Positions 11,301 to 24,981 of a DNA stretch of 64,000 nucleotides are shown here, one piece after another (within the stretch, counting starts at the first letter, position 1; every line of letters starts with the position of its first letter). The notes beneath the pieces were generated by a model that was not told where the DNA came from, searched no databases, and saw nothing but the letters and a program-made list of their open reading frames with translations. The translations under genes and the position numbers were made by a program. The stretch comes from Phoronis australis (taxonomy: Eukaryota > Animalia > Phoronida): assembly GCA_002633005.1 (NCBI GenBank), contig NMRA01000039.1, forward strand, positions 179,225 through 243,224, given 5' to 3'.

Positions 11301-14300
11301 GAGGAACGTTAATGTACCTTGACTGCTGCCCGCTGAACTGGGGCCGAGGCGCATGAATACGAGTGACTCCCAGCACTTCTAACGGCTTCATACAATTGCT
11401 TCAACTCCCTAGGGTACAGGTGGTAACCAAGCTAAAAGGTAATGACGCACGCATACGTGACCAACTCGATGAAGTGAATCGGCGGTACGAAACACTCCGA
11501 CCCAAGGAAACCGTAGTACTAGTACTGCGATTTTTGCATGGTGACGTTAGAGTTTCATGTATCCTTAGCTTTTGCAACTATTGAAGATTAGGTGATCAGT
11601 GTTAATATGCAAAAGATCTGCGCAGTGTTTGAAAACAGCCAGCAAAGTTATTTTGGTAGACAAAAATAATCCAGGGACAGAAAAAGAACAGTGTAACAGA
11701 AAGTTTTGGAGCGACAACTGTGACCAATTTCTTGCTGCTCGTAGAATTTGGAATGTGGATTTGGTCAGAATTTTGCAGCCAGACGTACGCTGCTCGCCAT
11801 TGGATTAAATTTAACAGTATTTTGAACAGTTCTCTGTAACAGTTATGTCCTAGAATCCCGACAAGAGCTTAGAAACGAAAAACACTAAAAGTATCCACGT
11901 CTCTATTCCTAAGGTACGCTAACATGCCTGAATGCTCCAAGTAGGCCCACGTTGAAAAGGCTTTTACATTTGCCAACTGAAGGCCAATAATTCTACGCAA
12001 AACTGCATCCATCCGGTCAAATGATTGATGGGACAGTTTTAGCTCCGGGAACAAGTCTCTTATCAAACCATTTTAGTAAGCAACAATCATTGGTAGACTA
12101 GAAATTGTTAAGTGTTTACTATTCTACCATTTCTTTTTTCAAAAATTGTTACTAACCCTCCATCCGCCACAGCTTGCCCATTTCGAAAGTCCACTACTTA
12201 GGATGGTACCCTCTGGAAAGAGCTAAAATAAGAGATGCAGCAGTGTCAGTCAAATACACCGCATATGGAAACGAAGTACCCGTATTTTAAGGAAGCGATC
12301 ATTGGTTAATGTCTCCAGCCGTATTAGACGAGAGTCTTTACCTACCGGCGGCCTGGCTGTATGTGAGAACCTGGCTTTCGGGCCCGTCGTGGGCCCTTCG
12401 TCGGAGTACTGGTGGGAATCATCGTGTCAGTTGGTCACCTGTGGCGGGTACTTGCAAGTACCCGCCACAGGTGACCATGGCAGTTGCCAAACAGCACCTG
12501 GTGGATATCATTTGAGAGGAGGCCGTTGATACGAAGCAACCTTATTCCCTATACTATGTAACGGTGCCAGCTATGAACATTCATTGCCTATTAGACGCGT
12601 TTCGTTTTGATGCGGAAACCCCGAGCTTCATTAAGTAATGATGCTGAGCAAAATGGGATTCCATCGGTTGTTGCATTTTCATGTTTTAAGTCCAACCGAA
12701 TGACGTGATTAGTGTCTTAAACAACACACTTGGGCGCTGTTACACCAGACACGCCACAGAAAACTTTGGTTTCTCTTAAAGTACTTAAAACCAACATTTA
12801 CCTTGTTTTGACAAATGACAACATTTGCCAGTATCATTAAACCTTCCTTTATAGCAACCTGAAGGCATATCACAATCGACCGTGACTTCAATATTCACCG
12901 AAAACGAGGAAACAAAAGAAAAGCAAATCCAGTTGAACATTTCTTAGATCCGAGGACATGAGTTTAACGTATGAACGCGTCCTGTCCACCAACATGCGAG
13001 TTTCTTGCACAAACTCGTGCCATATCCGCGCTCCTCCGATATCCCAAGGAAAAAATGAAAAGAGCCAAAGCGTGGTCAAATACCAAGTTGTCGCAACCTC
13101 CACAAACGCAACGTCTCTTTATTCTTTATTATACCATAAACCAAGGCAAAACGAGCAGCGACATCTGATGATTTTTCCCGCTAAGCACAAAGGAGGATGA
13201 CTATTGCTGTGATAGGTTGTCCCGATTTTACGTAGTACGTATCGACCAATAAATGCTTGCAACTCGATATCGGCTGATTAACATGCTGTTAAACAGTGTT
13301 TTCGGGTGTTCTTATTTGACACCTGATCGACTCGTGAGGTTGTTTTACGGTGTTTTGATATAAAATTGGTGTTTTTATGCACCCGGTCCACTTTATTACT
13401 CTACAATTCTACCACACATGTATATTACTTACCTTCGCCAATGTCACGAAGTTTCCTTCGTAATGAACTCGTCCATAGATTTCGTCACTCAATACAACGA
13501 TCCGGTATTTTCGAAGCACCACACTAAGTAAAAAAGTTACATGGGAATACATCAGCAGCGTGGCGTCTCTATAAAACGACATCACAGGGTTTCCCTAGAT
13601 ATCGGTAAACTCACTACCGACAAGTGCGAGAACCATCGTATGTGTGCTTATGGCTGTTCCAGACTTGTGCGTAAACCTAGTTCTAACCATCACCCTAACC
13701 GCCTCCATTCCTACGTCCCAAATTCTACTCTCCTTCTGCTGAGGCTGTAAAAGGCAGCACATGATTGGCCTAGTTTACGTGATATAGCACAGGCACGCCG
13801 ACCCAGCTGGGGCCTGAGTCAGACATGAGAAAGCTTTTCATATGTCGTTTCAATACGGGAAATCACTAATAGAATGTAACAGTATAATTTTATTGATATT
13901 AGATAAGCATAACGATCGAACGATTTCGATGCAAAATACTGACTTTAAATGGTCAAGAAGGCAACTGATGGAGTACGTCGTTTTGTTCTTGTCTGTGAAC
14001 TTCCTCCTCTCTCACCGAGGGTGATGAATTACACAACTTACACACTTGCACGTCAGCGCGTACTTGTCTAGGCTCGGTTATAAAGTGAAAACACCAACAT
14101 AAAGTTTCCACTCGACCACGGCATCTATAATGTTGCAGTAGGCCTAACCCAAAAATGGAAATACAGCCTAAAGCTTTCAAAATTAAAGTAAAACGATTTG
14201 AAATGTTCTTGGGTTTGGCGACCGCGCACAATGAATTTTTTTAGCAGCATGATCCTACCTGAGTTCCTTTAGCTCTTCGTAACTGTAACTGACGCCAGCT

Positions 14301-17300
14301 AAAAGGAACGGAATACACATAAACATATTAGCTTACAGTCACACTTTCTTGAACAAACACAATGTTGACGGAAGTAGGCATTCAGGACATTAAACAATGA
14401 AAAATGTGAAGTCTACCATTTGTGGTGGGCCTAATGTTTGAGAGACGACCATTGAGATTTTCGAAAGAGCCTCAGAAATGCGAGAAGATCCCGAAAGAGC
14501 CATGTGAGTTTTTTTCCGAGACAGCCCCATGGGGGATTTACTTTGGTGAGGGGCTATCTCGTGAATTCTCATGAATTTCTATGAAACGTCAAAGACTTCA
14601 ATCTAAAATGCACAAGCGGATAATGGAGTTGGCCCTGAAACAATGCAGACGCACATCCGAAAGTTGACGATATACCTCGGGTTAGTACTGCATGTAATGT
14701 GAGCTCACGTAGCTTTAATAATGGACCAAACTCAAATAAATGTGAACAAATTTGTTCACCCCAAGACTTTATCGTTGGATATTGCGACTGTGTAATTTTG
14801 ACCTTATGAACGAGAAGAATACACACCTTCTCAAAGGAGCACTATGGCGCTACAAATGATTCAGCATTAACGAACAAAATCCACGCGTACTAAAAAAGCA
14901 GTGGCATTCCATAGGCATCATGAAGTGAAGGTTCCAATCATGCTGAAATGAGTACCAGGACAGTGAAAGCTGGCGACTGGCCTACAAAGACACAAAGCTC
15001 TCACTCTAAACGTTGAACAACTTTCTCGTCCTGAGAGTTGCGCCTTGTAAAACAAGGAATCAAAATCATCTGCGTGGATTATTATGGACATTTCAAACTG
15101 TCAGACTTACTAGGATTGTCTGGGTTGCAGAAAATCATGAGATAGTTTGCGTCTCTGCCTTCTTTGATGACCAACTGAAACAAAGGCGGACGTGTACACT
15201 GTACTTTGTACATGCAACGTAGGCTGGAACGGTTATTCTCGAATGCTTCAACGTTATGTTCATTGGCGTTCTCCAGTACACAATTTTCAAACTAAAGAGT
15301 TCAGTCCAAAGTGAATTCCAATTCTTTATGCGGAACACCTTTAAAAATATAGCTCTGAGAAGAGTTGACTTGTTCAGATTACCTTTAAAGTTTACTACAA
15401 GCTTTGCTCGCGTAATAAGATAGCATCCAGGTTCTACGAAAGTGGCGTGATAGAAGATAGATATGTTAGCGTTAATGTAGCAGAGACGATACTAGTGCAT
15501 TCCAGCGATCATCTTCCATGACTTAGAGCACCTGAGCCATGTTTATAGGTCTACCTCTAATATTTGGAGTAATAATAAAAGAACATCGGAAAATCTTCAC
15601 AAACAGTCGTCGATGATGCTTTTTGTTGTCAGGTGAATACATAACGATTTAGACCACAAAGATACCTTCTCGATATCCTCAGCCTTCAGTTTCCACTGGT
15701 TTTCCATTGACGTTTCTACGATATGGACACGGTGACGGGTGAGAACGGTCTGAGGCTTGTATGTTGTCCAGCTTGGAGACTTAAGGATAACATCTACAAA
15801 AACAATTTGAAATCAACCTACCAAGATTTTAAGCACAGATAAAGTTTAAAGTTAAACTTAAAAGTTAGCTTCAAGAAAAAAAGCGCGAAATGACGTTTGC
15901 CAAGCATGTTACCATACCCTGCGCAGGACTTACACGAAATATAGAATGACCATGACCGTAGGGACAGCGTAAAGGGATTGTGAGATTACAGTTATCCAAA
16001 TCAGAACGGTCAGCAGAAAAAGATAAATGACCTGTTGACATTAGTTCGTTTCGTAGTAGTCGGTTGCATGAAAGAGTCTCAGCACATACGCGCACTCAGC
16101 CTTCAATATGGGGGGCTCGAATTCTTGACGTCGTGGACCTTTTGCTAACAAAACGGCAGAATTTGCAGTTAATGCAAAGTAAGAAGATTACGATTAAGTT
16201 TACTATTGTTTTGCATCTTCTGCCACAGCAAGATGTTATATCGCGCCTTGTTTGGCAGCGTTCGTCGGAGGTAAATGCGTCGCGGCGCAACCGCGGGCGC
16301 GACGGCTGGCGGAGTTCGTATTCAAATAAGACGTTCTTAAACGCACTGGGCAGTAGGCCATGTGCAAGTCAAGAATTACGAGCGTTTTTTTCGGTAACTT
16401 AAGAAGTTGAAAATTTGTCTTTGGATTAAGACTCCAGCTCATTATGAAGGGCAGTGGGATTTTGTCGCGCTCGACGCAAAAAGCGACCTAGTGTTAGAAG
16501 TATTGACGAGGGCTGGTTATATTTCAGAAATCGCAAGGAAAATATTAGACACTAAATCAAAGCCTCTTCCTCCTTTCGGCAGTTCGGGGGCGCGAATGTC
16601 TGACGTGCAAAATCTAATTCCTGGGTANGAAAGATGCCGCTACATTTTAGAAAAATTGTTGTCTTTATTCAAACTTTACTTGTGTTCGTTAGTGTGAGAT
16701 CTTTGGGTTTATTTAATTAATTATCGATAAATGTCGTTACATACTGTTTATCTGGTCGCTATTTAGCAACAGTGACCTAGGAGTTGGTATTTGCACTTTA
16801 AGAAACTGAAAACTACACGGTGTTTTGAAAAAAATAAGTAGAAGAGGTTTTTTGTTGTTATAAAAAACTGGAATGACGCATTGAAAATTGTTACAGTATT
16901 AAACGTGAGTACAAATGTCCATACTTTATTTTCGGGCTCATGACACATGTCTTTGGTCATCAAGAATTTAAAAATGTATGGTTCCATGGGATGAAAACTA
17001 GTATTTGAAAATATTTCGAAAATTTAATTAACTAATTTATTAATTACGACATAGCAGCTGATGACCTCAAGTTAACGTATTTATCAAGTGAGAATAGATG
17101 ATATGAGAACTGTCCCACCATCGACTACAAAAATCCGTCCAGTAATTATCAGTTGCTAACATCAACGTATGAAGAACGCAGAGCTTTGATTTTGGTCGGG
17201 CTGGGAACATTATTCAGTTTTGCAAGAATTTCTGAACTGAGCTACGATAGCAAGAGAACTTCTGGCACACAACTAGCCAGAACCATATGAAGTGGTTGCC

Positions 17301-18405
17301 ACGTCTAGCAAGATGCTTGTCTTGCTCGCAAAACAGACACGTCGAATTTTACTGGTTTATTGCAATCTACGCTCTATGTTACGATGAACAAGCACACATG
17401 GTACCCGCACCATCAATGATAGTAACAAAGACACAGTCGGAGCAGATCCGTAAAAACTTGCTGATGTCTCAAACGACGGGCGCTCGCTAAGACAAAACAT
17501 GTACCAGTGTAGTGAGTTCGTCAAACGAGAAAATAGATATTCTACTATTACATCATAATCAAAACTACGTTGGCAAAATCAACACTACCTCCGTTAAATA
17601 TTTCCAAGAGTAAGAAGATGAGTTCTTTGCTCCCAGGTCCCACTATAGCGTTATCTGGGCTGTAGCTGACGCCATCGTGAGAACGATGAAAATCGCAAAT
17701 GCTCTCTCGCAGTTCAGGAATGCCTGCGTGTTTAAGAACAAATTGAACTCACAAAGGTCACAATAAGCTGAATTAGGCATTTTGTTCACTCAGCGACAGC
17801 TTCGGATCTTTTAATTGAATTGAATTTAGAAGGATTCTTCCTACCTGCTCACCACCTAAACTGCAAAGTATCAACCAAGATAGCCTACCACATATAAGTG
17901 TCCCTTGAATTACCGTAATGATGTCCAAGCTCAAACCAATCATTCAGGGCATTTGCCAGCAATGGAGATTGTCAAAATGACACCACTTTTAGCAAGGTTG
18001 CCCAACCCTTCTAAGGCTGGACTGCTTCACGCAAATCAAGGGCACCGTGATGTTTAAGTTTGTTTTGATGGATAAAACGATTTTCTATCAAATGACAATG
18101 AAACTATTTCAGTAAACCCATTCTGTAGACTGTAATTTTGGAAGAAATGTCTTTCTAATAGTACCGACGTCTATAAAAGATCTTGATTCCGTGGTGCAAG
18201 ATATATCCTATCAGGTCTCAGTGATAGTAACGTAAGTACGCTATAGCATCTATTGCGCTCCTTGGCGACACACTGTACCTGACACGGGAAGGTAAGAGTT
18301 GTCTCCGGCGTGCTCCCTCAAAGTGTCTACGGCAAACTTCGGTATGGGAAAGGGTGACTCTCCAAAGCCCAAGTGGTATATCACATTGCCTTCTTTACGG
18401 CGATT
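8352..18405 (-). CDS. PLP-dependent class I/II aminotransferase (aspartate aminotransferase-like); 12 coding exons recovered, N-terminal exon(s) unresolved
   Basis: Exons 18405-18279, 17723-17589, 15793-15666, 15174-15111, 14298-14259, 13523-13433, 12222-12157, 11431-11318, 10675-10593, 9847-9694, 9097-8921 and 8390-8352 splice in phase to 405 aa plus stop. Motifs: HLGFGESPFP, YLPVSGIPELRE, GPGSKEL, NPDNPTG, LSDEIY, SGLSKWASCGGWRLG (PLP lysine), SFYMFPDF, TTRLCF; ends ALKNWVKQQLQG*. Confidence 0.93.
10285..10450. mobile_element. MITE with CAGGGGCGGA...TCCGCCACTG ends and a 5-bp target duplication (copy 1)
   Basis: Terminal inverted repeats; gaagt at 10280-10284 and 10451-10455; internal similarity to 24041-24196 (cccgaactgccaaatgga.tctg.gagaatttt). 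Confidence 0.8.
10798..10829. repeat. 11-bp tandem repeat, about 3 copies
   Basis: (ttattaagtcc) x ~3. Confidence 0.8.
12432..12477. repeat. Perfect 46-bp palindrome in an aminotransferase intron
   Basis: tggtcacctgtggcgggtacttg|caagtacccgccacaggtgacca is its own reverse complement. Confidence 0.95.
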
Positions 18406-21400
18406 CTGGTACGGAAACGATGAGGAATACGGCAGTGACAAATTTAAATGTCAATACGTATAATACCGTATACACAGACATTATTCACACACGACGTATA
18501 CAAAAACAAACCGTGTCATCTTTTTACTCAGAAGAAACCAGTACTTTTCACGGTTACTATTTTTGAGTCCCGTTCGATCCATATTCTAAATTTTTGTCTT
18601 CACAGGGCAATAATCTTTTGAATCATTGAAATTATTTGCCTGCCGGTTTAATTAGTAGTCACCTTTATAACCTCCCTGGTTCATTTTTTTTTATGTTACT
18701 ATTACAACCTGTTATTTCTTGCATTTCGGTAACAGAAAATATTTCTATGCGAAATGATGATTATTTATGAATTAAATTATGCATTGCGTGCTTTTGCTAT
18801 AATCACACACCATCAAGAACTGACGAAGGGCTTTCTAATGATATGACTCTCGTGGTATTCTGTTAAAAAACGACGGAGTTGCGAAATGTTTTAGTGACAG
18901 TAAATTCCATAGGAATAAACTAACAGGGAACACTGCAAACACATGCCACGCATGCGCTGTGCATCCTCAGCAGCGCGAGATCGATGGCATTCCAGGGCTG
19001 GAGAAAACATATTTGAACTGCACTGATGTCTAGGCCTACTTGAACTTCAGCTTTTGATATTTTGTCATTTTCCTGTCACATTCACTGACTGGCACATTAC
19101 ACCAAAATGTGCAGCTTGTAATACGGGAATGACGCGTGTGGAAAATATCAAAATGAAATTGTCACGTTAATGTACATTCACTTGGCACACTGACTATTAG
19201 GCTCGGTGAGTGGCGAAATATTGGAACTGAAAGTGTGCCTAAAACATGAGTCATCACCAAACAGGTTACGTAAGGCTTTTCTTCAATGGATTCGCCTCTG
19301 GCCATTCAATTCCCTACTAGGAAACCCATGTTATGGAGTCATGTGTTATTGGGTAGGTTGCTGAAGGACTGGACTTAAGGCTAGCACAAGTTGTAGCTTT
19401 AGTATTTAATTCCAAGTCAATTTTGATGCTTCAAAAAACGAATTGTGGAGATTCATTTACAATAAAGGCAACTTCACCCAGCGATAACACAAAAATAGGC
19501 AGAAACAATGTTTCAGCCAAGCCCGCCAATGTTGATTTGTCACATCACCCAACCAAACCCAGAGAGTAAGTCCACGCTCAGCATGGCATGATGTAATCTT
19601 GATTCTCACACGAAAATGGGTAAAATTGAGGTGAGTGCTCGACCAAAGAGACCAGGACGGCAACGCTCACTGAATGGGTTTTAAAATTCGTCATATTCGC
19701 ACAATGCAGTATAATGCAAACTCCGTGAATCGTCACTGAAACAAAGGAGCCTGTGCTCAACACCTCATGCCTGTGCAGCCTGCCTGGTAAGTTGTTGGCA
19801 TTCTAACCTAGTGTCCGATACAGCCGCCTAGTTCGCCGGTTAATTCTCAGTATTGAAAGAGAGCACGAAGGCACCGTGTGTTTTACCTTAATGACTTCAT
19901 TCAGAGCCAGATTCGATGCAGGGGAATAATCGTGTAGGTCCGGCCGTACAAGGCAGCGCTCCATGATTCTCTAGTTTCCTTAATTCGTGTTGTTCCACTT
20001 CCTTTAAATATCAAACTAACTGGACTCTAATCAGTAGTTTAGAGTGGCAATGTCACGTAATTCTTTGTATGGCGACACCTCGCGACTTCTGGTGTTATCT
20101 CCCATTTTCTGTTGGCTCTCGCGTCAATATTGAGCACAACTGAAGTCTCGTTAATGTGTTTACATAACCTTAATCTTGCCTGAGGCCATCCCACTGAAAC
20201 GTTGTCATCTGCATAATAAGCTATCAACATGTTGAACTCGATTACGTATGCACTGTAGTCTGTGACATTGCATTTGTCATTTCGCAGCGATGAGTATTAT
20301 CTGCAACACGTAGCCCCTCGACTGGCTATACGGGGGCTATCTGTACATGTATACTTGCAGCATTACAAGGCGATGTAACAGCCTATATCAGTTTTCACTG
20401 TTCTTATGGTGATGTGCTCTCTTTACCCGCGTTTAGGGGGTCGGGGGTGGTGAGGTGGTGATGGAGTGGAGACTATATGACTATAGCACACTACCTAGCT
20501 TCAACCCCTACGGTTGACTTCAGTTCCGCGGTTTCCTTCACCACACAATTTCGCCCCGAGATTGTCACCAATTTTTGACGGGTAACCAGATAATGTCCCT
20601 TCAACATGGCTGAATTGTAAGGTCGGCCTATTTCAGTTGCTGAATTTTCTCTGAGTGCCAACAAAATTGGATGTGACTAAGAAAAAGTAAATGACGATAT
20701 TTAATGGCTAAATCTTTTAAATTTGCAATTTTTCTTGAAAAATGGACCATGACATCAAATTTTCAAAAATTTTGGATTTTTTCTCATTCAGGTAGCCACA
20801 GGGATAACTTAGTTAGCACTTGGAATTTTTACAAAATTGTGTGTTTCGATTAATCGACAGTCCCCGGACAACGTTGCACCAATTGTACATGTAATGCTCC
20901 AGGGGAGTTCAATGATTAGGGTTACGATTGATCAGGTACATGGCCACGTAGTAATTTTCGAAGTGCTTGATAATTTACAACGCCTCGTAATTCTGCCCTA
21001 ATTAAATGTATTATGATTGTTTTTGGCATTGACTTGGTTCAAAACGTCACCATAACGTCATACCAAAAAGCGAATTGCGTAGACTAGAATTAGATGCATT
21101 ATGACGTCCTAACGCGTGTCATTTTTCGTTCTTTTATCAACTAGTCAAATTCGTTACCGATTGGTGTTAAAATGGATATGCTGCGCTCAAAATCTAGTAA
21201 GTATGACTATACAGCGATCAGAATTTAACCGTTTTAGTCTGGTGTTAGGTGACCACAAATACGCCGAAAAATAAGTCATGAATATCACTGCAGTATTTGC
21301 GAAAGTGTGCCGGTTGGAAAGTAAAACACCAGGGCCACTTAGCGCCATAATGAATATATAACGGCCAGAGATATCAGAAAAGTACGTAATTTATTTTAGT

Positions 21401-21431
21401 TGTAATTGTTTGTTTTAAATATAGGGTCCAG

Positions 21432-21682
21432 GGGCCCGTTCCAAGAAAATTGACGTAGGTAAGACAAAGCTCAAGTTAAATTTCAGTCAATTTTAATATA
21501 AACCTTAAATTTGTCAAGACTGTTTCAAGAAAGATATCCTACATTTGACTTAAGTTTTTTTATCTAGTTTTTATCTTAATTTCTTACTGGGTGTGTATGT
21601 TTCAAAGTTTGGAAGTTGTGACAAATCCTAGACTTAAGTCAAAAATGAACTTACTGTAAGTCGGTTTCTTGGAAATGCGCCC
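21432..21682. mobile_element. PIF/Harbinger-like MITE (copy 1)
   Basis: TIRs gggcccgttccaagaaa ... tttcttggaaatgcgccc, flanked by cag on both sides (3-bp CWG duplication). Related copies at 24247-24480 and 46807-47053. Confidence 0.75.
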
Positions 21683-24040
21683 CAGTGCTACAGTCTAGGT
21701 GTATTTGTTTGCTGGATGTCTCACTAAAATAATTAAAGATATCTGCTTTCAGTTCAAGCTGCATTTCGCCCTGATTTGCCGGCTAAAAACGAAAATCAAA
21801 TATGTAGTCTACTCTTACACCTGCTCTCGCATCAGAGTTAGCGGTCGGAACATATTTTAGATCAGCATGGTAACACAGTACCAAACTGTCACCTTACTTA
21901 CTAGATCAGACTAACATTCCACCGTCCTAACTTCAAAGCTTCATCGTACTAAACGCGAGATGATCGTTACGAAGTCTCGCAATTCCAATCCGACAATTGC
22001 CAATCCTCAATTGCCACTTCTATTCATGAATTTTGAGACATGTTTAACTTTACTGTACGATAACATGGGCGGCGCACCATAGGGGACTGGGGGGCTTTAG
22101 CCCCCCCTCCTCCAACCCCCTTATAAAATCGGTCTCACAATAATCATTGCCAACATCGAAACTTTCAGTGGCTTTAGAATACTCTTGAAAGCTTGTTGGG
22201 GTTGGCCAACCCTACAATAGCTAATTCCGAAATGGCGCTTGTCCGCATCCCCTGGGACTTGAGTTGGTAACGGTAAATAAATCCTATAACGGTGAGAAAT
22301 GTTATCAGACCGAGTGTATGTATGAGAGCAAGTCCAATTAGGTTTTCGTTTTTCGCTTTTTCGCTAGCGACACGAAGCGAGTGCAGGTTTGAAAGAACGT
22401 GTTGTGGTCAGAGAGAGGTAACTCGTTGCTATTCTCAACTTGGTTTAACATTTTGATGAGTAGTAGACTAACACCAGTCTGGTTTCCATTCAGAAGTCTT
22501 TCGTCGATTCTTCCGGAGATCAAGGACAAAATTTAGATACGGGAAAGAAAAAAATCATGTCGGAGATACAGCGGCAACATCGTCGACAGGTCCGGTGGAA
22601 TTATGGGCCTGGCAGACGTCAAAGTGCTCCGTCGAACAAGAAATAAAAGATGCATTGCTCAAAAACACTGGTACGTGCAAATTTGAATGACTGTAAAAAC
22701 AATATGTTTCAACAACAATTAATGAAAAATCCAATCGGCCCTTGTACAAAAGCACGTGTTTTAATGTTTTTTGATACGAGCGCATCATAGCGGTTTCTTC
22801 CTACTCGACGCAAAGGCAAATTTAGCTAATTTTGTGTAGGCTAGAACTGAACTTGTTGTATTAGAAAAAGGCTTGATAATGTAAAGGTAAACCGGTTTGG
22901 TTGAAGCCAATGTCGCTCTGTTCATCAGTGAAGATTTATTGTAGTATCTAGATATGCGATATGGTTGTCATATCCGCTAATAACTCGTCTTGATAAAGTC
23001 ACCTGCTGCAACCAATGCGTCAAACCGAGACGAAAGGCTAAAATTACAAACTCGTATAGCCTGCAATAGGGCTCAATAGTGAAGCCATAACACCGGTTTG
23101 TCTTCCCTGTGCAATTGTCAGTGTACCACGGGTTGTAATCTATCTCCTGACTCAGGACCAAACCCTTACCACCCTTACGACCGCAGTTACTCTTTCCACC
23201 CACAAACCACCCTTAAAATGCACGTTGGTAGTGCAAAAACACTTAGTGCGGGTTAAGCGTGTCTACGGGTGTGCGTGGTGTACACTAGTTTAAAGCGTAA
23301 TTTGCAAGCAGACAGTCTACTGTAGGTATCTGAACGAAAATGGTGAGTTCCTAAACTGCAATGCGTTCGGACAGGATTTTCCGACTTCTCGGCTTCGAAT
23401 CAGCTGTTGAATGCCGTTGTTGTGGAGTGCTTGTTTGCATTGTGGAATACATTTATGTTCACGCCCTGATCACGTCACGAGGCCAAATAACAACTTCCGC
23501 GAATTCATTATTTTTACGTTTTTGAAGCACTAACAGTCTAAATCACACATTTATAAAACACGATACCACAAAATAACAATACCTTGCATGTTTTATTAAA
23601 ATTCGACATAGCATGACCTTGCAGTTTGCAGTGTTATTTGTTTTGTACGCGCATGGTGAAACGTTATTCTGTGGGTTACTTATTACCGTAAAGGTTGCGT
23701 TTCTGTAGCAAGGATTCTGATCCTCGGCGATAAGTGCTCTAAGGATGTACATGTCTACTAGAGAATGCTCAAACTTTGTTCCCGAGTGGAGACCAAGTCA
23801 AACACATCGCTAGTTAACCACAACGTTGAGCCAAAAATGCCCCAGTGCGAAAGTACTGCCCTACAGCTAGTGCTATATGTAAATGGCGGAACCTTTTATT
23901 TCTTATTCACCAAAATCGTCAGGCCTAAATTTGTGAGTCAAATATTATACTTTACTAATCAATCATTTTAACGTGATCGTTATATTGTCCAGCAACGTAC
24001 ATCTGTTTTACTAGCCATTTTCTTAGGCACTAGTCAAGCT

Positions 24041-24196
24041 CAGGAGCGGCTCCAGGAGTTCGAGTGAGGGGGGCAGGGCATAGTGTTAGCCACAAACTTG
24101 CCCGTCAAACATTCGAACCCCGAACTGCCAAATGGAATCTGAGAGAATTTTAGGGGGGCATGACCCCCTTGCCTCCCTCCCCTAAGTCCGCCACTG
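24041..24196. mobile_element. MITE with a 5-bp target duplication (copy 2)
   Basis: caggagcggctccagg ... tccgccactg; aagct at 24036-24040 and 24197-24201; similar to 10285-10450. Confidence 0.8.
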
Positions 24197-24246
24197 AAGC
24201 TCGATCGGGTTCACTCCAGGTTAAGTCAAAAGCACTCTTGATCTTA

Positions 24247-24480
24247 GGGCCCTTTCTAAGAAATTGCTTTAAATTTGCTTTTGACTAAGTCTAAGATTTG
24301 TCTCAACTTCCAAACTTTGAAACTACCTAATCAGGTAAGTTAGTCAAAATTAAGACAAATTTAAGTCAAACTTACGATCTCTTTCTTGAAGAAGACTGGA
24401 AACTAATTCAAGTGTAACATCTTAAAATTGACTGAAATTTAAGATTTGTCTTAGGTATGTCAGTTTTCTTGGAACGGGGC
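24247..24480. mobile_element. PIF/Harbinger-like MITE (copy 2, inverted relative to copy 1)
   Basis: gggccctttctaagaaa ... tttcttggaacggggc; shares taagatttgtctcaactt.caaacttt and aaaattgactgaaattt with 46807-47053. Confidence 0.7.
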
Positions 24481-24981
24481 ACTGCTTTCTTTTTTATTGA
24501 ATATCGAGTCCATGGAGGGACATTTAATAAATTTATCACGTTTCTGAAATAGAAAATCCACCCGAGTCGAGCAAAATTGATGCGAGATTTTTTTACCCAT
24601 GGCTTGGCAAACCATTGCGTTTTAAATCTTGTTGTTTAACGTTGCTTACGTGCCTTTGTGCAGCTTTTCAAAAAACAAACACGAGACCACCCTGGCTGAA
24701 ATAGATGCAGTTTTAAGTGGTGAGCGCAACATTAATTGAGCCTGGGTACAAAGCAGAACTAAGAATGATTTTTGGCCTTCAACTGCCATCGCCTTGGCAT
24801 GGATAGTTATATCTAGACCATATTCACCTGGGACTCTTTGCAGTAACTTCTGCTCTAAACTGGCAGTAAAATCTGCCCAAAGGCACACGTTCGCTGGCGA
24901 TTAAGTTGACTATCTTCACTGTATTTGGAGCACTGTTTACGCCGTATCAGACCAACTGCTAAGCATGGTTTTCAATCCCAG

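Noticed and set aside
18440-19130. Candidate first exons for the aminotransferase (e.g. MTKYQKLKF at ~19070, EYHESHIIRKPF at ~18860)
   Set aside because: Phases and homology could not be reconciled, so the 5' end is left unresolved.
22925-23203. Cys/Gly-rich 92-aa minus-strand ORF
   Set aside because: No recognisable family, no convincing donor site and no partner exons.
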